From the NCBI GenBank assembly GCA_903901015.1, contig CAIUPH010000004.1, forward strand, positions 36,219-100,218: 64,000 bases of DNA. Direction: 5' to 3'. Each line of letters begins with the position of its first letter. Positions within the stretch are counted from its first letter, which is position 1. Below, one piece after another: positions 38,470 to 48,362 of the stretch. The DNA comes from Candidatus Bathyarchaeota archaeon (lineage in GTDB: Archaea > Thermoproteota > Bathyarchaeia > Bathyarchaeales > Bathycorpusculaceae). The notes below the pieces were generated by a model. It saw only the letters and a program-made list of their open reading frames with translations. It was not told the origin of the DNA and made no database searches. A program made the position numbers and the translations under genes.

Positions 38470-40002
38470 ATGACTGAACAACCCCAAACTCAAGGTCAAA
38501 TGAAAAAAACTCTAACCCTTACAGGGTTAACTATCAACGCTATGGCTTTGATAGCGCCTGGAGCTTTTCTTTGGTTAAACTATCAAACCCAAGCCGCACA
38601 GATAGACCCATCCGGCGCTTCAACTGCCCCAGACATATGGTTCGGACTTTTAGTTGCATTAATATTGTCATTCTTGACTGCAGCATCATATTCGTGGTTG
38701 GCTAGACGTTATCCTGACGCAGGCACAGGCAGCTCGTACTACTTCGCTCAACGCGCCTTGCTCGATAGAGGCGCCAGCAACCGCAAAGCACGCAGCGCAA
38801 AGTTCTTAGTAGGCTGGCTTTCGCACCTTTACTACTGGGTTTATCCGGGAGTAATGGTGGCGTTCATGGGCTTTTTCATGACATATATTCTGCAGACCGT
38901 CGGAGTCGCTATATCTCCGCTGGAACAAATTGCGATAGTAGTTCTATTCGCGCTTATAGTAGGCTTAATAGCTTACAGAGGCATTCAAGGCTCCACAAAC
39001 ACGAACCTAATCATCAACATAGTGCAGCTCGTAATGTTAGTCGGCGTATCTATACTGGCGCTTTCCTACCGCTTCATTAACCCTCAACATGTAACATTCT
39101 ACTTCTCAAACCCCGCCGCATCACTCGCACCTACCAACCTGAGCCACGTACTCTTCCAAGCAAGCCTTGCCATACTAGTACTTGTAGGCTTCGAATCCAT
39201 CACCGCATTAACCTCTGAAGCCAAAAACCCCAAAGATGTCCCAAAAGCAATCATACTGTCACTAGTTATCCAAGGAGCATTCGCATATCTACTCGGCTTC
39301 TTCGCAATACAAGCCTGGATAAACGACAAATACACCTTTGGCATGGCCGCAGTCTCAGCTGGACCATTGGGAGACATAGTTCGAATCTCAACTGACGCAT
39401 TGTTCGGTGGCGGAGGCTTCGCAATAATGCTGATTGTTGCCGCAGCCGTAGTAGCAGCCGTATTAGGAACCACTTTAGCATGCCTCAACACCGGTGTAAG
39501 AGTAACCTACGCCATTAGCCGCGATACAGAAGTTCCAGAATCCCTGGGCAAATTAAACCCACGATACGGAACTCCCGCAGTTGGCACATGGGTACTGACA
39601 GCAGTCTCAGCAATAATCGGCGCCTTCGGAGTGCTATCACTACGAAACCTTACCACTATCATACTGCTGTCCAACTTTGGAACATTCCTGCTATACGGAG
39701 TTACCTGCATCGTGGCAGTCCTAGCGCTGTCAAGAGAACGCCGCTCAGTCCTGACCAAATACGTAGTGCCAATCGCTGGTTTCTTCGCAAACATAGTGAT
39801 GATGATCGCAGTCATATGGCTTGGATTTATCGGCGGAGGCGACACACAACTGGCAGCTTTGAGTGCAATAATAATCACTGCCGTTTGGATGTTGATAGGC
39901 TTTGGGTATTACTACGCCAACTCAAGAAGCAAACAATCTGCAATCTTCCCATTCCCAGGCAAAGAAGAAGCTGACGGCAAAAAACACAGCATCAACGAAT
40001 AA
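38470..40002 (+). CDS. APC-superfamily amino acid permease
   Basis: AMALIAPGA, GSSYYF, VGFESITALTSEAKNP, R..YAISRD..P..LGKLNPRYGTP; about 12 TM helices. Confidence 0.9.
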   Translation: MTEQPQTQGQMKKTLTLTGLTINAMALIAPGAFLWLNYQTQAAQIDPSGASTAPDIWFGLLVALILSFLTAASYSWLARRYPDAGTGSSYYFAQRALLDRGASNRKARSAKFLVGWLSHLYYWVYPGVMVAFMGFFMTYILQTVGVAISPLEQIAIVVLFALIVGLIAYRGIQGSTNTNLIINIVQLVMLVGVSILALSYRFINPQHVTFYFSNPAASLAPTNLSHVLFQASLAILVLVGFESITALTSEAKNPKDVPKAIILSLVIQGAFAYLLGFFAIQAWINDKYTFGMAAVSAGPLGDIVRISTDALFGGGGFAIMLIVAAAVVAAVLGTTLACLNTGVRVTYAISRDTEVPESLGKLNPRYGTPAVGTWVLTAVSAIIGAFGVLSLRNLTTIILLSNFGTFLLYGVTCIVAVLALSRERRSVLTKYVVPIAGFFANIVMMIAVIWLGFIGGGDTQLAALSAIIITAVWMLIGFGYYYANSRSKQSAIFPFPGKEEADGKKHSINE

Positions 40003-40011
40003 AGAAACCTC

Positions 40012-40042
40012 GAGCCCGAAGGCTCATTTTCCCTTTTTATTT
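40012..40042 (+). terminator. Hairpin plus T-tract terminator after the permease
   Basis: GAGCC-CGAA-GGCTC followed by ATTTTCCCTTTTTATTTTTTT. Confidence 0.55.
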
Positions 40043-40330
40043 TTTTGTGTTTGAGGAATCCTTTTTCAGACAACTTTTATTTTTAAAGTATTTTACGGCA
40101 AATTAATTTGTGAACCATGGTTACAAGAATAGTTATTCAGTTTAATCACAAAGTTATGTAAAGTTGACAAAAGTTCTGAATTGAATCAGATTTTTCGGGT
40201 TAAGAATGCAAGAAAAAAAGTTAAAAATTTTGGACACATGAAGAGGTCGAGTTTAAAAAAAATATTTTTAATAAACAGAGAGACAAAAACGGGAAGTTGG
40301 GTATTCCCGTCAATTTGGAGAAGGTTTCAA

Positions 40331-40447
40331 CTAATTGCCTTTTGGTGAGAGATTGCTTTTCTTTAATTCGGAACGTAATTGAATCGCCATTACTAGAGCT
40401 GATCCTACTATGACGGCTGCCGAGACTATATCCAATATTTCAATCAT
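40331..40447 (-). CDS. Small single-TM protein (38 aa) divergent from glnA
   Basis: Not in the ORF track. GGTGA RBS 8 nt before ATG; MIEILDIVSAAVIVGSALVMAIQLRSELKKSNLSPKGN*. Confidence 0.55.
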   Translation of the reverse strand: MIEILDIVSAAVIVGSALVMAIQLRSELKKSNLSPKGN

Positions 40448-40868
40448 TTTTTCATTCACCTTTAGTTTTATTAGTCAATTAACCAAAGAGTGGGTGATTA
40501 GATATAAAGGTGATTATGATTTGTTCATAACTTTTAAGAAATACAAGAAATATTTTCAGCAGAAAGATGTTAAGATGGACGTATGTTGCTTCATTGAATT
40601 TTTTGTTGAACATTAGTGAATGAGTGTCGACAAAATAAATTATTTTTCATAACAATCGTTGATTCTGAGGCCTTGCTTAATTAATTTTGGAGCAAACGTT
40701 AAGTAGAAAAAAGTTATGTGAGTTACGCATCCAATTTTTTAGATATTATGTGCACAAATGTCACACATTTATTAATTAGTATGAACAAATCTCAACTATC
40801 TTTAAATGTCATAAAAATGTTCCTTGCTCAAAACATAACCAGTTTAATCTGAGAAAATGGTGAAAAAA

Positions 40869-41250
40869 ATGGAGAAAACTGATTTGACAAAAAAAGCAGT
40901 TGAAACCTTAAAAACCAACAACGTCAGATGGGTCCATTCAACCTTTGTTGATGTTCGCGGTATACTCCAAGACAAGGTTCTGCCCGCAAGAGAATACTTA
41001 AACGGTTCAGCCTTTAACTAAGGCATAGGCTTTGACGGTTCCTCAGTGCGGGGCTTCAAATCCATCGAAGAATCAGACATGATATTCATGCCTGACCCAG
41101 AAACCCTCGCCATAATGCCCTGGGTAACTGACGAAAAGCAAAAAAGCGCTATCATACTGGGAGATGTCTACGAAGCATACGGCGGAAAAGAGCTCTCAGT
41201 CGTTGATCAAAGAAGCTACGTTGCGAAAAGCATTCGAAGGCTACATTCCT
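40869..41250 (+). pseudogene. glnA: Glutamine synthetase type I, 5' fragment with internal stop
   Basis: MEKTDL...VRWVHSTFVDVRG...[32 protein letters not shown]...; TAA at 41019-41021, homology lost at about 41231. Confidence 0.9.
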
Positions 41251-41613
41251 GACGAGATTCTTTGGCGCCAGAAAGAGCAGTTCTCCGATGGCGTCGGCTA
41301 CGGCTGGATAGACTACCTTAAAAAACACGCGGAAAACGCGGTGACTGACGAAATGATGAAAAACGTAAAGACCCGTTTTCCACAGCAAACGCCTTCATCG
41401 AAAGAAGAATGCTACTACCGCGAAATCTTCGATGGCTACTTCTCAAGCCCGTCTGCCGCGTTAACTGTTCCGGTTGGTCCAACGATTGCTTGTTCCACGC
41501 CGACTGCGTTTAGGTGGAGTAAAGAATTTGCTGAAGCAGCTGACCCTTCAGGAAGGTCTGTTAAAGATGTGCATGAACATTCAACCGAGAACGGCGCCAA
41601 GAGCTGCCGATAA
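41221..41613 (+). pseudogene. asnB: Asparagine synthetase B, C-terminal fragment only
   Basis: [31 protein letters not shown]...TPSSKEECYYREIF...IACST..A..W....DPSGR; no N-terminal glutaminase domain and no start codon of its own. Confidence 0.88.
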
Positions 41614-41972
41614 TTTTTTTACCAACTGCTCATAACCTGTTTTTTTAATTGCTGTTTTGCTGACGGCCGAACTTTGATTGGTAAATTCTGTTTTTAGCGG
41701 ATTTTTAGGTCTGTGACCTGCGAGATAACACTGCGTTGGATTAATTTTTTTTGACAATTTTTCTTAGCCTTACCATTTTGGTCAGGTTATGTTTTCAACA
41801 ATTATACATTTTTCTGTAAATTAGTTCAATATATCTTAATTTTTATGTACAAATCACAAATAAGTTTATAATGAGGAAGGGATACCAGTATAAAAGTTAA
41901 GGGAGAACCAAAATTGCAAATCAGTAAAAGAACGCTGGAATTCCAGAATTCTTTTGGAAAGGAAGTAAAAGC

Positions 41973-42265
41973 ATGAGTGATTTTTAGCATCAGTCAACAT
42001 ATTCGTGGAACAATCCCAAAAAGAAAAAGTACTGCTGGCTCTCTCAGAACTCAAGAGCATCGAAGAAGTCTACGAAGTCGCAGGCGAATACGACATAGTA
42101 TCCCTTGTTTCTGCATCGTGTATCGAAGAGTTCAGGGATGTTCTTCAGAAGAAAATAATGAAGATAAAAGGAATAAAGAGCACCATAACCACAATTATTT
42201 TGGAGCCTCATAAAGGACCCAAATGTCTACTGAAAAAAGTGAACGTTTCCACTTTAAAGCAGTAA
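41973..42265 (+). pseudogene. Stand-alone Lrp/AsnC ligand-binding (RAM) domain, frameshifted near the start
   Basis: ATG 41973 reads MSDF* through a T5 run (41981-41985). One more T gives MSDFLASVNIFVE, matching the paralogue MPKLLAFINIFVE. A truncated GTG start at 42005 remains possible. Confidence 0.7.
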
Positions 42266-42321
42266 GGAGCGAAAAGGAGCCATAGTGAATAAATATGCTG
42301 TCTTTTGGAGTTTCGGATTAA

Positions 42322-43977
42322 GTGATAGATGCAATTCAGGCCATTTCAGTTATCCTGATACTCGGAATTACCATACTTATAGCGAAGCTAATCGCTCCGT
42401 ACATCGCCCGAGTTTATAACCGAGCCCCAAGCCGTTTAGATAAAATCGTAAACCCCGTTGAAAATTTTATTTATAAAATATGCAGCATCGATCCATCGCA
42501 TTCTATGGGTTGGAAACAGTATTTCCTCGTTGGCTTATTGCTTAACGTTGCCCAGATGGTTATAGCATTCTTAATTCTCATTTTTCAGGGTAACCTACCG
42601 CTTAACCCATTGGGCTTTCACGGTTTAAGCTGGGACCTGTCGTTGAACACTGTAATCTCTTTTGGTACAAACACAAACCTTCAGCACTACAACGGTGAAG
42701 CAACACTGTCCATCTTTAGTCAGATGACCGCCATCCAGTTCCTCCAGTGGACCTCTGCCGCAACTGGAATATGTATGGGCATCGCGTTCATTCGGGGGTT
42801 CATCGTTGGCTCCAAAAACATGGGGAACTTCCACGTCGACTTTGTTCGTACCATAACTCGAATACTTTTGCCAATGTGCCTAACCGCCTCGGTGGTTTTC
42901 ATCGTAATGGGTGTTCCACAGACCCTGAATGCTTCCACAACAGTAACAACATTGCAGGGCACCACGCAATCTATCCTCGTCGGTCCAGTTGCTTCCTTAG
43001 ATTCAATAATGCAGTTGGGCACGAACGGAGGAGGATTCTACGGTGCAAACGCCGCGTATCCATTCATGAATCCGTCGCCTTATTCCAACGTGTTCATGAT
43101 AGCGCTTATGCTTCTTCTTCCTACAGCGCTCATTTTCGTGTTCGGTGATTTACTCGGTAAAAAACGGGAAGCCCGACCCTTATTGTGGGGCGCGTACATT
43201 CTTTTCGGTATTAACCTTGCCATAGCGTTTGCGCCAACGATACCTCTTATCGCACCAGGCATAGAAACAAGAATCGGAGGATTCATGTCCAGCTTCTACA
43301 CCGTTGCCACAACCGCAGCGACAACCGGGTCCGTTAACTCCGCGCTCTCAGGCATGCATCCTTTGACAATAACTTCGGGTTTCCTTGGAATGTTCATCCA
43401 GTCGATTCCAGGCGGAAAAGGCATTGGCATGATGTACATGGTCATGTACATAATAATCACCGTATTCATCGTCGGGTTAATGTCTGGAAGAACCCCTGAA
43501 TATTTAGGAATCAAAATCACTGGTCGCGACGTAAAACTCGTCATGGTGTCTTTCCTAATCCACCCAATTATAATTCTAGTACCTACGGTAATCGCGTATG
43601 CTTCAGGGGCAGCGTCAGCTATTGGGGTCGGTGGAAACTCTGTTGGTTACACACAAATCTTCTATGAATTCACATCAGCGGCAGCAAACAATGGCTCCGA
43701 TTTTCTTGGAGCATCAGGAAACACCCCGTTCTTTAACATAGCAACTGCAATCGTTATCTTCATCGGACGTTTTGCGCCACTTGCAATTTTACTTGCATTA
43801 TCTGGCTCGATGATTGGGCGAAAACGTGGTGGAACATCGGGACTTAAAACTGACAGCCCAATATTCACAATAGTTCTAGTCGCCAGCATAATCATACTCG
43901 TAGTATTAACGTTCTTCCCATTCTTGGCGCTTGGACCAATTTCGTCATTCTTCAGAGGGTTAACCAATGGCTTCTGA
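42322..43977 (+). CDS. kdpA: K+-transporting ATPase A chain
   Basis: SFGTNTNLQHYNGE, QLGTNGGGFYGANAAYPF.NP, TGSVNS, GRTPEYLG, SAAANNGS. Confidence 0.95.
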   Translation: MIDAIQAISVILILGITILIAKLIAPYIARVYNRAPSRLDKIVNPVENFIYKICSIDPSHSMGWKQYFLVGLLLNVAQMVIAFLILIFQGNLPLNPLGFHGLSWDLSLNTVISFGTNTNLQHYNGEATLSIFSQMTAIQFLQWTSAATGICMGIAFIRGFIVGSKNMGNFHVDFVRTITRILLPMCLTASVVFIVMGVPQTLNASTTVTTLQGTTQSILVGPVASLDSIMQLGTNGGGFYGANAAYPFMNPSPYSNVFMIALMLLLPTALIFVFGDLLGKKREARPLLWGAYILFGINLAIAFAPTIPLIAPGIETRIGGFMSSFYTVATTAATTGSVNSALSGMHPLTITSGFLGMFIQSIPGGKGIGMMYMVMYIIITVFIVGLMSGRTPEYLGIKITGRDVKLVMVSFLIHPIIILVPTVIAYASGAASAIGVGGNSVGYTQIFYEFTSAAANNGSDFLGASGNTPFFNIATAIVIFIGRFAPLAILLALSGSMIGRKRGGTSGLKTDSPIFTIVLVASIIILVVLTFFPFLALGPISSFFRGLTNGF

Positions 43978-46150
43978 TAGTGAGAAAGCTTCGGCCCCAA
44001 CAAAAAGCAATGAATCAGCCCCTGGAGGACTGAGATCAGCTTTCTCCAGAAAAGTGTTAGTCGATTCAGTGGTTCGTTTAAGCCCAAAATCACTGTTAAA
44101 AAATCCAGTGATGTTTATCGTTGAAATCATGTTCTTTATTGTGGCAGCAATGGCTATCGTTCCACAGGCTTTCGTGCCGGTAGCTAGTCCAAGCCTGCAA
44201 GTCTTCTATGTTGAAGTCGCAGCGATTCTTCTCATTACAGTTTGGTTCAGCACACTCTCCGACGCTCTTGCTGAGCAACAGGCAAAAAGCACAGCTGGCG
44301 CCTTACGGAAACTGGAAACCGAGGTCTCCAGCAAGAGAATAGTAACCGAAGACTGGACGAGAAAGATAATTAATTTAAAATCAACGCAACTTAGAAAAGA
44401 CGACCTTATCCTTATCGAAAAAGACGACATCGTTCCCTTAGACGCCGATGTCCTTGAGGGGATTGCTATGGTCGATGAATCGCTTGTCACAGGCGAATCG
44501 GCCCCAGTTCGGAAGGCGCCTGGAGACTCCCTTATCGGGGGGTCGCGAGTTGTTAGCGACAATTTAACTGCGAAAGTTACGACGAACCCTGGAGAAACCT
44601 TTATCGACCAAATGATAAAGATGGTTGAATCCTCCAAGAGACCAAAGACACCTAACGAAGTGGCAATAACAACTGTCCTGATAGGGTTGACAGCGATATT
44701 TACCATAATCATACTTGCCCTTCTAGGAATGTCAGTCACACTTGGCCTTGGCGCAGACCTCTCGGTGCTGATTGCACTTTACGTTTGTCTTCTGCCCACA
44801 ACCATAGGCGCCTTGTTGCCTGCAATTGGGCTTTCAGGAATGTCCAGACTCTACAAACACAAAATAATTGCCAAGTCAGGCAAAGCCATAGAGACGGCAG
44901 GTGACACAGACGTTGTTCTTCTGGACAAAACCGGCACAATTACCGTTGGCAACAGACGGGCAATAGAATTTGTTCCGTTTGAAGGATACACAGAAGAAGA
45001 TGTTGGAGAAGCCGCGTTTCTCTCATCATGGCATGATGACACACCAGAAGGACGCAGCATACTAACTCTTGCCCATGAGAAAGGTTTTGTTCCAAACGAA
45101 TTAAACTCCCTCGCACTATCCGAAGCAACTCCATTCTCCGCCAGCACCCGCACAAGCGGAGTCAAAATAACTAACGTTGGAATGAGGCTGCCAAAAGGCG
45201 ACAAATCAGGACATGACCGCCTGCGCATCAGAAGAAAATCCTCAACTGTTTCCGACGAATCCATGGCTTCGATGCTTGAACCCGAAATCAACATAATAAA
45301 GGGCGCTCCAGAATCCATCAAAAAAATAGTTGACCCTGTGCCACAGAATTATGACCTCATAGTGGAAGGAATCTCGGCAGCGGGCGAAACACCCATTGCA
45401 ACTGCCAGAAACGGCAAAGCCATCGGAATAATCAGACTAAAAGACGTCCTCAAAGAGGGCATTAAAGAGAAAATTCAAGCTCTTAAAATGATGGGGATTC
45501 GCCCAGTCATGATTACCGGTGATCAACCGTTAACCGCGAAAAACATTGCTTCAGAGGTCGGAATCGAAGAATTCGTTGCTCAAGCTAAACCCGAGGACAA
45601 ATTCAGTATAGCTAAGAAAGAGCAGGCTGAAAGCAGAATCGTCGCCATGATAGGCGATGGAACCAACGATGCCCCCGCCCTCTCTGCCGCAGATGTTGGG
45701 TTAGCCATGAATTCAGGCACCGAGGCCGCCAAGGAAGCTGCGAACATGGTTGATTTGGAATCGAACCCTGCAAAAATTATCGATGTTGTGATGCTGGGCA
45801 AACAGCTGCTCATGACTCGTGGAGCCGTTACAGCGTTTAGCATCGCCAACGACATAGCTAAGTACTTTGCAATCATGCCGGTTCTGTTCAGCGCAGCAAT
45901 ACCTCAACTGCAAGCTCTAAACGTACTGCAGCTTGGCTTGAAGAGCGCTGTTCTCTCAGCCCTAATATTCAACGCCATAATCATACCACTCCTGATTCCG
46001 CTTGCTATGCGGGGCATTGCATTCAAGCCGACCAGCACGATGACGCTTTTCCTAAAAAACACCCTTATCTACGGTGTTGGCGGAGTCATTGTGCCCTTCA
46101 TTGGAATTAAACTCATAGATCTACTGCTGGTAGGAGTGTTTCACGTTTAA
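43967..46150 (+). CDS. kdpB: K+-transporting ATPase B chain
   Basis: KNPVMF, TGESAPV, KTPNEVA, LLPTTIGALL, LDKTGTITVGNR, GDGTNDAPAL, SIANDIAKYF. Confidence 0.96.
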   Translation: MASDSEKASAPTKSNESAPGGLRSAFSRKVLVDSVVRLSPKSLLKNPVMFIVEIMFFIVAAMAIVPQAFVPVASPSLQVFYVEVAAILLITVWFSTLSDALAEQQAKSTAGALRKLETEVSSKRIVTEDWTRKIINLKSTQLRKDDLILIEKDDIVPLDADVLEGIAMVDESLVTGESAPVRKAPGDSLIGGSRVVSDNLTAKVTTNPGETFIDQMIKMVESSKRPKTPNEVAITTVLIGLTAIFTIIILALLGMSVTLGLGADLSVLIALYVCLLPTTIGALLPAIGLSGMSRLYKHKIIAKSGKAIETAGDTDVVLLDKTGTITVGNRRAIEFVPFEGYTEEDVGEAAFLSSWHDDTPEGRSILTLAHEKGFVPNELNSLALSEATPFSASTRTSGVKITNVGMRLPKGDKSGHDRLRIRRKSSTVSDESMASMLEPEINIIKGAPESIKKIVDPVPQNYDLIVEGISAAGETPIATARNGKAIGIIRLKDVLKEGIKEKIQALKMMGIRPVMITGDQPLTAKNIASEVGIEEFVAQAKPEDKFSIAKKEQAESRIVAMIGDGTNDAPALSAADVGLAMNSGTEAAKEAANMVDLESNPAKIIDVVMLGKQLLMTRGAVTAFSIANDIAKYFAIMPVLFSAAIPQLQALNVLQLGLKSAVLSALIFNAIIIPLLIPLAMRGIAFKPTSTMTLFLKNTLIYGVGGVIVPFIGIKLIDLLLVGVFHV

Positions 46151-46162
46151 GGTGGATAAATC

Positions 46163-46615
46163 ATGACTGAAAACAAAGAAAAAATAAGTTTTAAACCGAT
46201 AATTGGGCTGGCACTGGTCTCTCTTTTGATATGCGGATTACTCTTCCCACTTGTAGTAACTGGTATTGCCCAAGTTTTCTTTCCCTACCAGGGAAACGGC
46301 GAAATCGTTCAATTAAATGGAAAACCCGTTGGGTCAAACCTCATAGCCCAAAACTTCACCATGCCCTTCTTCTTCCACGCAAGAAACGACTCGGCTTCAG
46401 GCGTTGACCCAGACATCACCCTGAAAGATGCGTACTCCCAGATAACTCAAATAAACAACGCTACAGGCATTTCTTCGGCGGCGCTGACCAATATTGCGGA
46501 GCAGAATCAGGAGGGTACTTTTTGGGTTTTCGGAACTCCTTACGTGAATGTTCTGCGAGTTAACCTTGTGCTCATAAAAGATTATCCGTCAGTCTATGGC
46601 AATTTCTCGGGGTAA
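46163..46615 (+). CDS. kdpC: K+-transporting ATPase C chain
   Basis: FPYQGNGE...GSNLIAQNF...SASGVDPDI...YVNVLRVNL.L. Confidence 0.92.
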   Translation: MTENKEKISFKPIIGLALVSLLICGLLFPLVVTGIAQVFFPYQGNGEIVQLNGKPVGSNLIAQNFTMPFFFHARNDSASGVDPDITLKDAYSQITQINNATGISSAALTNIAEQNQEGTFWVFGTPYVNVLRVNLVLIKDYPSVYGNFSG

Positions 46616-46812
46616 TGCTGCAAAGATTAGGTGTTAAACCCGCTTTGGCTGACAAGTTGCGGGTTAAACAAATTGACTGATATTCCAACGTATTTTTAGT
46701 GAAAACCTAATTTTACGTTACAAACGTCGCAAAAAAAATAGAAATACTGCCTGATTGGCTGGAAAAAGTATAAATATGCCTAACACATGTTCGAGTAGGC
46801 AAGACGACCTAT

Positions 46813-47106
46813 ATGCCCAAACTATTAGCATTCATAAATATTTTTGTGGAATCACCTGAAATGGACAATGTCCTTGAAGCCCTTGGAAAACTTGAAAACC
46901 TCGAAGAACTCTACGAGGTAACAGGAGAATTTGACATTGTCACTTTAGTCTCAGCAGCAGACATAGAAGAATTCAGGGATGTCCTCAAAAATAGGATCAT
47001 GAAGATTAAGGGAATAAAAAGTACAGTAAGTTCAATTGTCCTTAAAGCCCATAAAGGGCCTAAGTGTGAAGAAGAAATCCATTCTTCACCAATCCCTCAA
47101 GCTTAA
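46813..47106 (+). CDS. Stand-alone Lrp/AsnC RAM-domain protein
   Basis: YEVTGEFDIV...IKGIKSTVSSIVL; no HTH. Confidence 0.88.
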   Translation: MPKLLAFINIFVESPEMDNVLEALGKLENLEELYEVTGEFDIVTLVSAADIEEFRDVLKNRIMKIKGIKSTVSSIVLKAHKGPKCEEEIHSSPIPQA

Positions 47107-47231
47107 CTTCTGATTTTTAAATTTTGGGAATTTGATTATTATTTTTTTAATTGATAAAAACTATTTCTGAATATGTTTTATGAGAATAAGGAAAAAAAAA
47201 GTTGAGAGGTAGGTTTTTCTGCTTTCAACAT

Positions 47232-47468
47232 CTACATTGGTGATAGAACGATGGATGTTTCTGTGCGGATGACGTTGGGGTCTTTTTCGATTATTTTGTA
47301 AACTACTTGGTTGATGTTCTCGAGCGCTGGCGCCTCGAGGATTATGATTGCGTCGTATCTGCCGAAGATGGCGTCTGCGACGATGGCTTCTTTGACTTTT
47401 GATTTTATTTTTGACACGACATCTAATGAGGTGCCTGGTTTGGTGCTTAATAGGATGTATGCTTTCAT
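47232..47468 (-). CDS. Stand-alone Lrp/AsnC RAM-domain protein
   Basis: AYILL...IFGRYDAII...VIRTETSIV. Confidence 0.85.
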   Translation of the reverse strand: MKAYILLSTKPGTSLDVVSKIKSKVKEAIVADAIFGRYDAIIILEAPALENINQVVYKIIEKDPNVIRTETSIVLSPM

Positions 47469-47614
47469 GTTTTTCTTTCCTCCGTGTTTAATCTTTTGTT
47501 CGATATTAATGCTGATTACTCAACCTTTGTATATAAATTTTGTGCAACATTGAAAAGATTTTAATCAATAAGCACAAAAACTCAACCTTTGTTTACTAAA
47601 GCTTCCCCAAAAAA

Positions 47615-48109
47615 CTAAAGCTTAATCTTAAAATCATCTTTAACCACATTAAGCGTAATGTTCGTCATAGTTTTCCTAATGTGAGGCGTCACAAGCAAAT
47701 TCTTGAGCAAACTATTCAAGCTATCGCGGTCCTTAAGCTTAACCACAGCCACAACATCAAAATCACCCGTGATTTCGTAGAGAGCGATAACGTTGGACAT
47801 CTGCGAAAGTTCATTCTCTAAATCCTTTAGGTACCCGCCTTCGGTTTGCATAAAAATTACGGCCGTCAAATCAAAACCCAACTTAACCGGGTCAAGAATC
47901 ACGGTGTAGCCCTTCAGTATGCCTTTGGTCTCCAAGTTTTTGATCCTTGAAGCGGTCATAACGCCTGATATGCCTATTTTGTCAGCTAGTTTTCGGAAGC
48001 TTAGGTGACAATCTTCCTGTAGGGTATCGAGAATTTGGAGATCAATTTTGTCGATTTCCGTTTCTAGGTTTTGTTTTTTTCTCACAATGGTCTCTTCATG
48101 ATGGCTCAT
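47615..48109 (-). CDS. Full-length Lrp/AsnC transcriptional regulator
   Basis: DKIDLQIL..LQED.HLSFRKLA...RIKNLE..GILKGY HTH, then YEITGDFDV. Confidence 0.92.
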   Translation of the reverse strand: MSHHEETIVRKKQNLETEIDKIDLQILDTLQEDCHLSFRKLADKIGISGVMTASRIKNLETKGILKGYTVILDPVKLGFDLTAVIFMQTEGGYLKDLENELSQMSNVIALYEITGDFDVVAVVKLKDRDSLNSLLKNLLVTPHIRKTMTNITLNVVKDDFKIKL

Positions 48110-48362
48110 TTGATGGGTTTAGGTTGTAACGGTTTTTACGCCTGTTAGATTAATTTTGGCTTTATTGCACACTTATTGCATTCAGCTATTTAAAACTACC
48201 CAGTTGAACAGCATAAAACAAACAATCTGTCCACTTGTTAAAGGGCATGTTTAGCTTGCCGCTTTTTTAAAACAGCACGAAGAAACCAAACCGCCGCCGA
48301 CCTTGCCAACACAAAAAACTTATAACCACACAAGCGTTTCTTTGCGACAAAGGCACACGACT

